Of a stretch of DNA of 64,000 nucleotides, positions 62,698-64,000 are shown piece after piece. A program made the translations under genes and the position numbers. The DNA lies in contig QHSZ01000023.1 in NCBI GenBank assembly GCA_003220595.1, positions 3,271 through 67,270 of the forward strand. The letters run 5' to 3'. The notes under the pieces were generated by a model that saw nothing but the letters and a program-made list of their open reading frames with translations, searched no databases and was not told the origin of the DNA. Within the stretch, counting starts at the first letter, position 1, and each line of letters starts with the position of its first letter. This DNA comes from Candidatus Rokuibacteriota bacterium (GTDB taxonomy: Bacteria; Methylomirabilota; Methylomirabilia; Rokubacteriales; CSP1-6).

Positions 62698-63708
62698 ATG
62701 CGTCGAGCACTCGCCCTCGGGCTCGCCCTCGCCCTCCTCGGGTGGCTCGCGCCCGCCCCCGCCCTGGCGGCCGAGGAGAAGCTCGTCATCTACACGGCCT
62801 ACGAGGAGAACGAGCTGAAGACGTTCTGGGAGCAGTTCAAGAAGGACCTGCCGGACCTCGCCGCCAAGGCGCAGTACATCCGCGGCTCGACCGGCCCCAC
62901 CATGGCGCGCGTCGAGGCGGAGAAGGCGAATCCCCAAGCCGACGTGATCTGGGGCGTGTTCAACGACTACCTGACGGGCGCCGCGCTCAAGGGGCTCCTC
63001 GAGCCGTACGTGGCCAAGGACTCGCAGGCGATCCCCGCGCGCTTCAAGCATCCCGAGAACATGTGGCAAGGCGTGACGCTCCTCGCGGTGGGCTTCGCGG
63101 TGAACCGGAAGAAGATGGAGGAGCTCAAGCTCACGCCGCCGCGCGCCTGGGCCGACCTGCTGGACGCCCGGTACAAGGGCCACATCGTGATGTCCAACCC
63201 CTCCACCTCGGGCACGGCGTACCTGCTCCTGGCGAGCCACGCGGCCCGGCTCGGTGAGGACAAGCTGTGGCAGTACTACGACGCGCTCGACAAGAACCTC
63301 GCGCAGGTGACCAAGTCGGGCGGCGCGCCGGGGCGCATGGCGGTGTCGGGCGAGACGCCCATCGGGGTGGCGCTCGGCTACGAGGTCGAGGTGGCGAAGA
63401 AGCAAGGCGCCGGGATCGACGTGGTCTATCCGACGGACGGGATTGCGTGGACCTTCGAGGGCAATGCGCTCGTGAAGGGCGCCAAGAATCCGCAGAACGC
63501 GCGGCGCTTCCTCGACTGGGCGGTCTCCCCGTCGGCGATGGCGGCGTACGCCGAGTGGCGGGGCGCCGCGGTGACCCGCGGGGACGTCGCCCTGAGCGGC
63601 CCGAAGCTCACCGAGATGAACCTGATCAACATCGACTTCGTGAAGGCGGGGGATCCGCAGTACAAGGACCGGCTCGTGAAGCGCTGGCTCGAGAAGTACT
63701 CGAGGTAG
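62698..63708 (+). CDS. ABC transporter periplasmic substrate-binding protein (FbpA/AfuA/ThiB-like)
   Basis: Signal peptide MRRALALGLALALLGWLAPAPALA followed by an SBP_bac_1/8 fold. AAAGGAGA ribosome-binding site upstream. Confidence 0.75.
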   Translation: MRRALALGLALALLGWLAPAPALAAEEKLVIYTAYEENELKTFWEQFKKDLPDLAAKAQYIRGSTGPTMARVEAEKANPQADVIWGVFNDYLTGAALKGLLEPYVAKDSQAIPARFKHPENMWQGVTLLAVGFAVNRKKMEELKLTPPRAWADLLDARYKGHIVMSNPSTSGTAYLLLASHAARLGEDKLWQYYDALDKNLAQVTKSGGAPGRMAVSGETPIGVALGYEVEVAKKQGAGIDVVYPTDGIAWTFEGNALVKGAKNPQNARRFLDWAVSPSAMAAYAEWRGAAVTRGDVALSGPKLTEMNLINIDFVKAGDPQYKDRLVKRWLEKYSR

Positions 63709-64000
63709 CGTGCGGATCAGCCTCGACCGCCTGACGAAGCGCTTCGGCGGCGCCGTCGCCGTCGACGGGCTCTCCCTGGACATCCACCCGGGAGAGCTCG
63801 TCTCGCTCGTGGGCGGCTCGGGCTGCGGCAAGACGACGACGCTCCGCATGATCGCCGGCTTCGAGCGTCCGGACGCCGGCGAGATCCGGTTCGGGGACCG
63901 CGTCGTCAACGAGGTGCCGCCCCGGCGGCGCGGCGTCGGCATCGTCTTCCAGTCCTACGCGCTCTTTCCGACCATGACGGTCGCCGAGAACATCGCCTTC
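63709..64000 (+). CDS. ABC transporter ATP-binding protein (FbpC/PotA-like), 5' part; runs off the window end
   Basis: GTG start, Walker A GGSGCGKTT, Q-loop region. Confidence 0.8.

Overview
This is a high-GC (about 70%) bacterial chromosomal window that looks like core and respiratory metabolism, with very tight gene packing and frequent GTG starts with 1-4 nt start/stop overlaps. In order, it holds: the 5' part of an RND efflux permease and its membrane-fusion protein; fadD, divergent from a bifunctional class-II aldolase/SDR; an LLM-family oxidoreductase with an FNR-like partner; a glycosyltransferase / FmdB / CelD-like GNAT / glycosyltransferase cluster; a five-gene peptide ABC transporter (DppD-DppF-DppA-DppB-DppC); a 7Fe ferredoxin; a Fis-like HTH / SCP-x thiolase / DUF35 / CoA-transferase / GNAT / citramalate synthase / response-regulator block; a degraded IS21-family transposase fragment in a low-GC patch; a hydrolase / RraA / TPR / Kelch block; NAD-dependent DNA ligase; and a DtxR-family regulator. 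The most striking structure is a roughly 16 kb run of co-directional minus-strand genes: an ECF sigma factor with its anti-sigma, a cupredoxin-like protein, a Tat-exported metallophosphoesterase, a monoheme cytochrome c, a Tat-exported SoxY-SoxZ fusion carrier, a cbb3-type oxidase (ccoN, a ccoO-ccoP fusion, ccoS-like and small subunits, CtaG-like), and a complete System I cytochrome c maturation operon (ccmABCDEFGHI). Downstream are htpX, a consensus sigma-70 promoter driving yceD-rpmF-plsX-fabH-fabD-fabG-acpP-fabF, a short RNase III-domain protein, a site-2 protease, an MFS transporter, a GS-family enzyme, an SDR, and an iron/thiamine-type ABC importer. There are no CRISPR arrays, rRNA or tRNA genes. 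Coordinates for internal start codons, promoters and hairpins were counted by hand and may be off by 1 nt.
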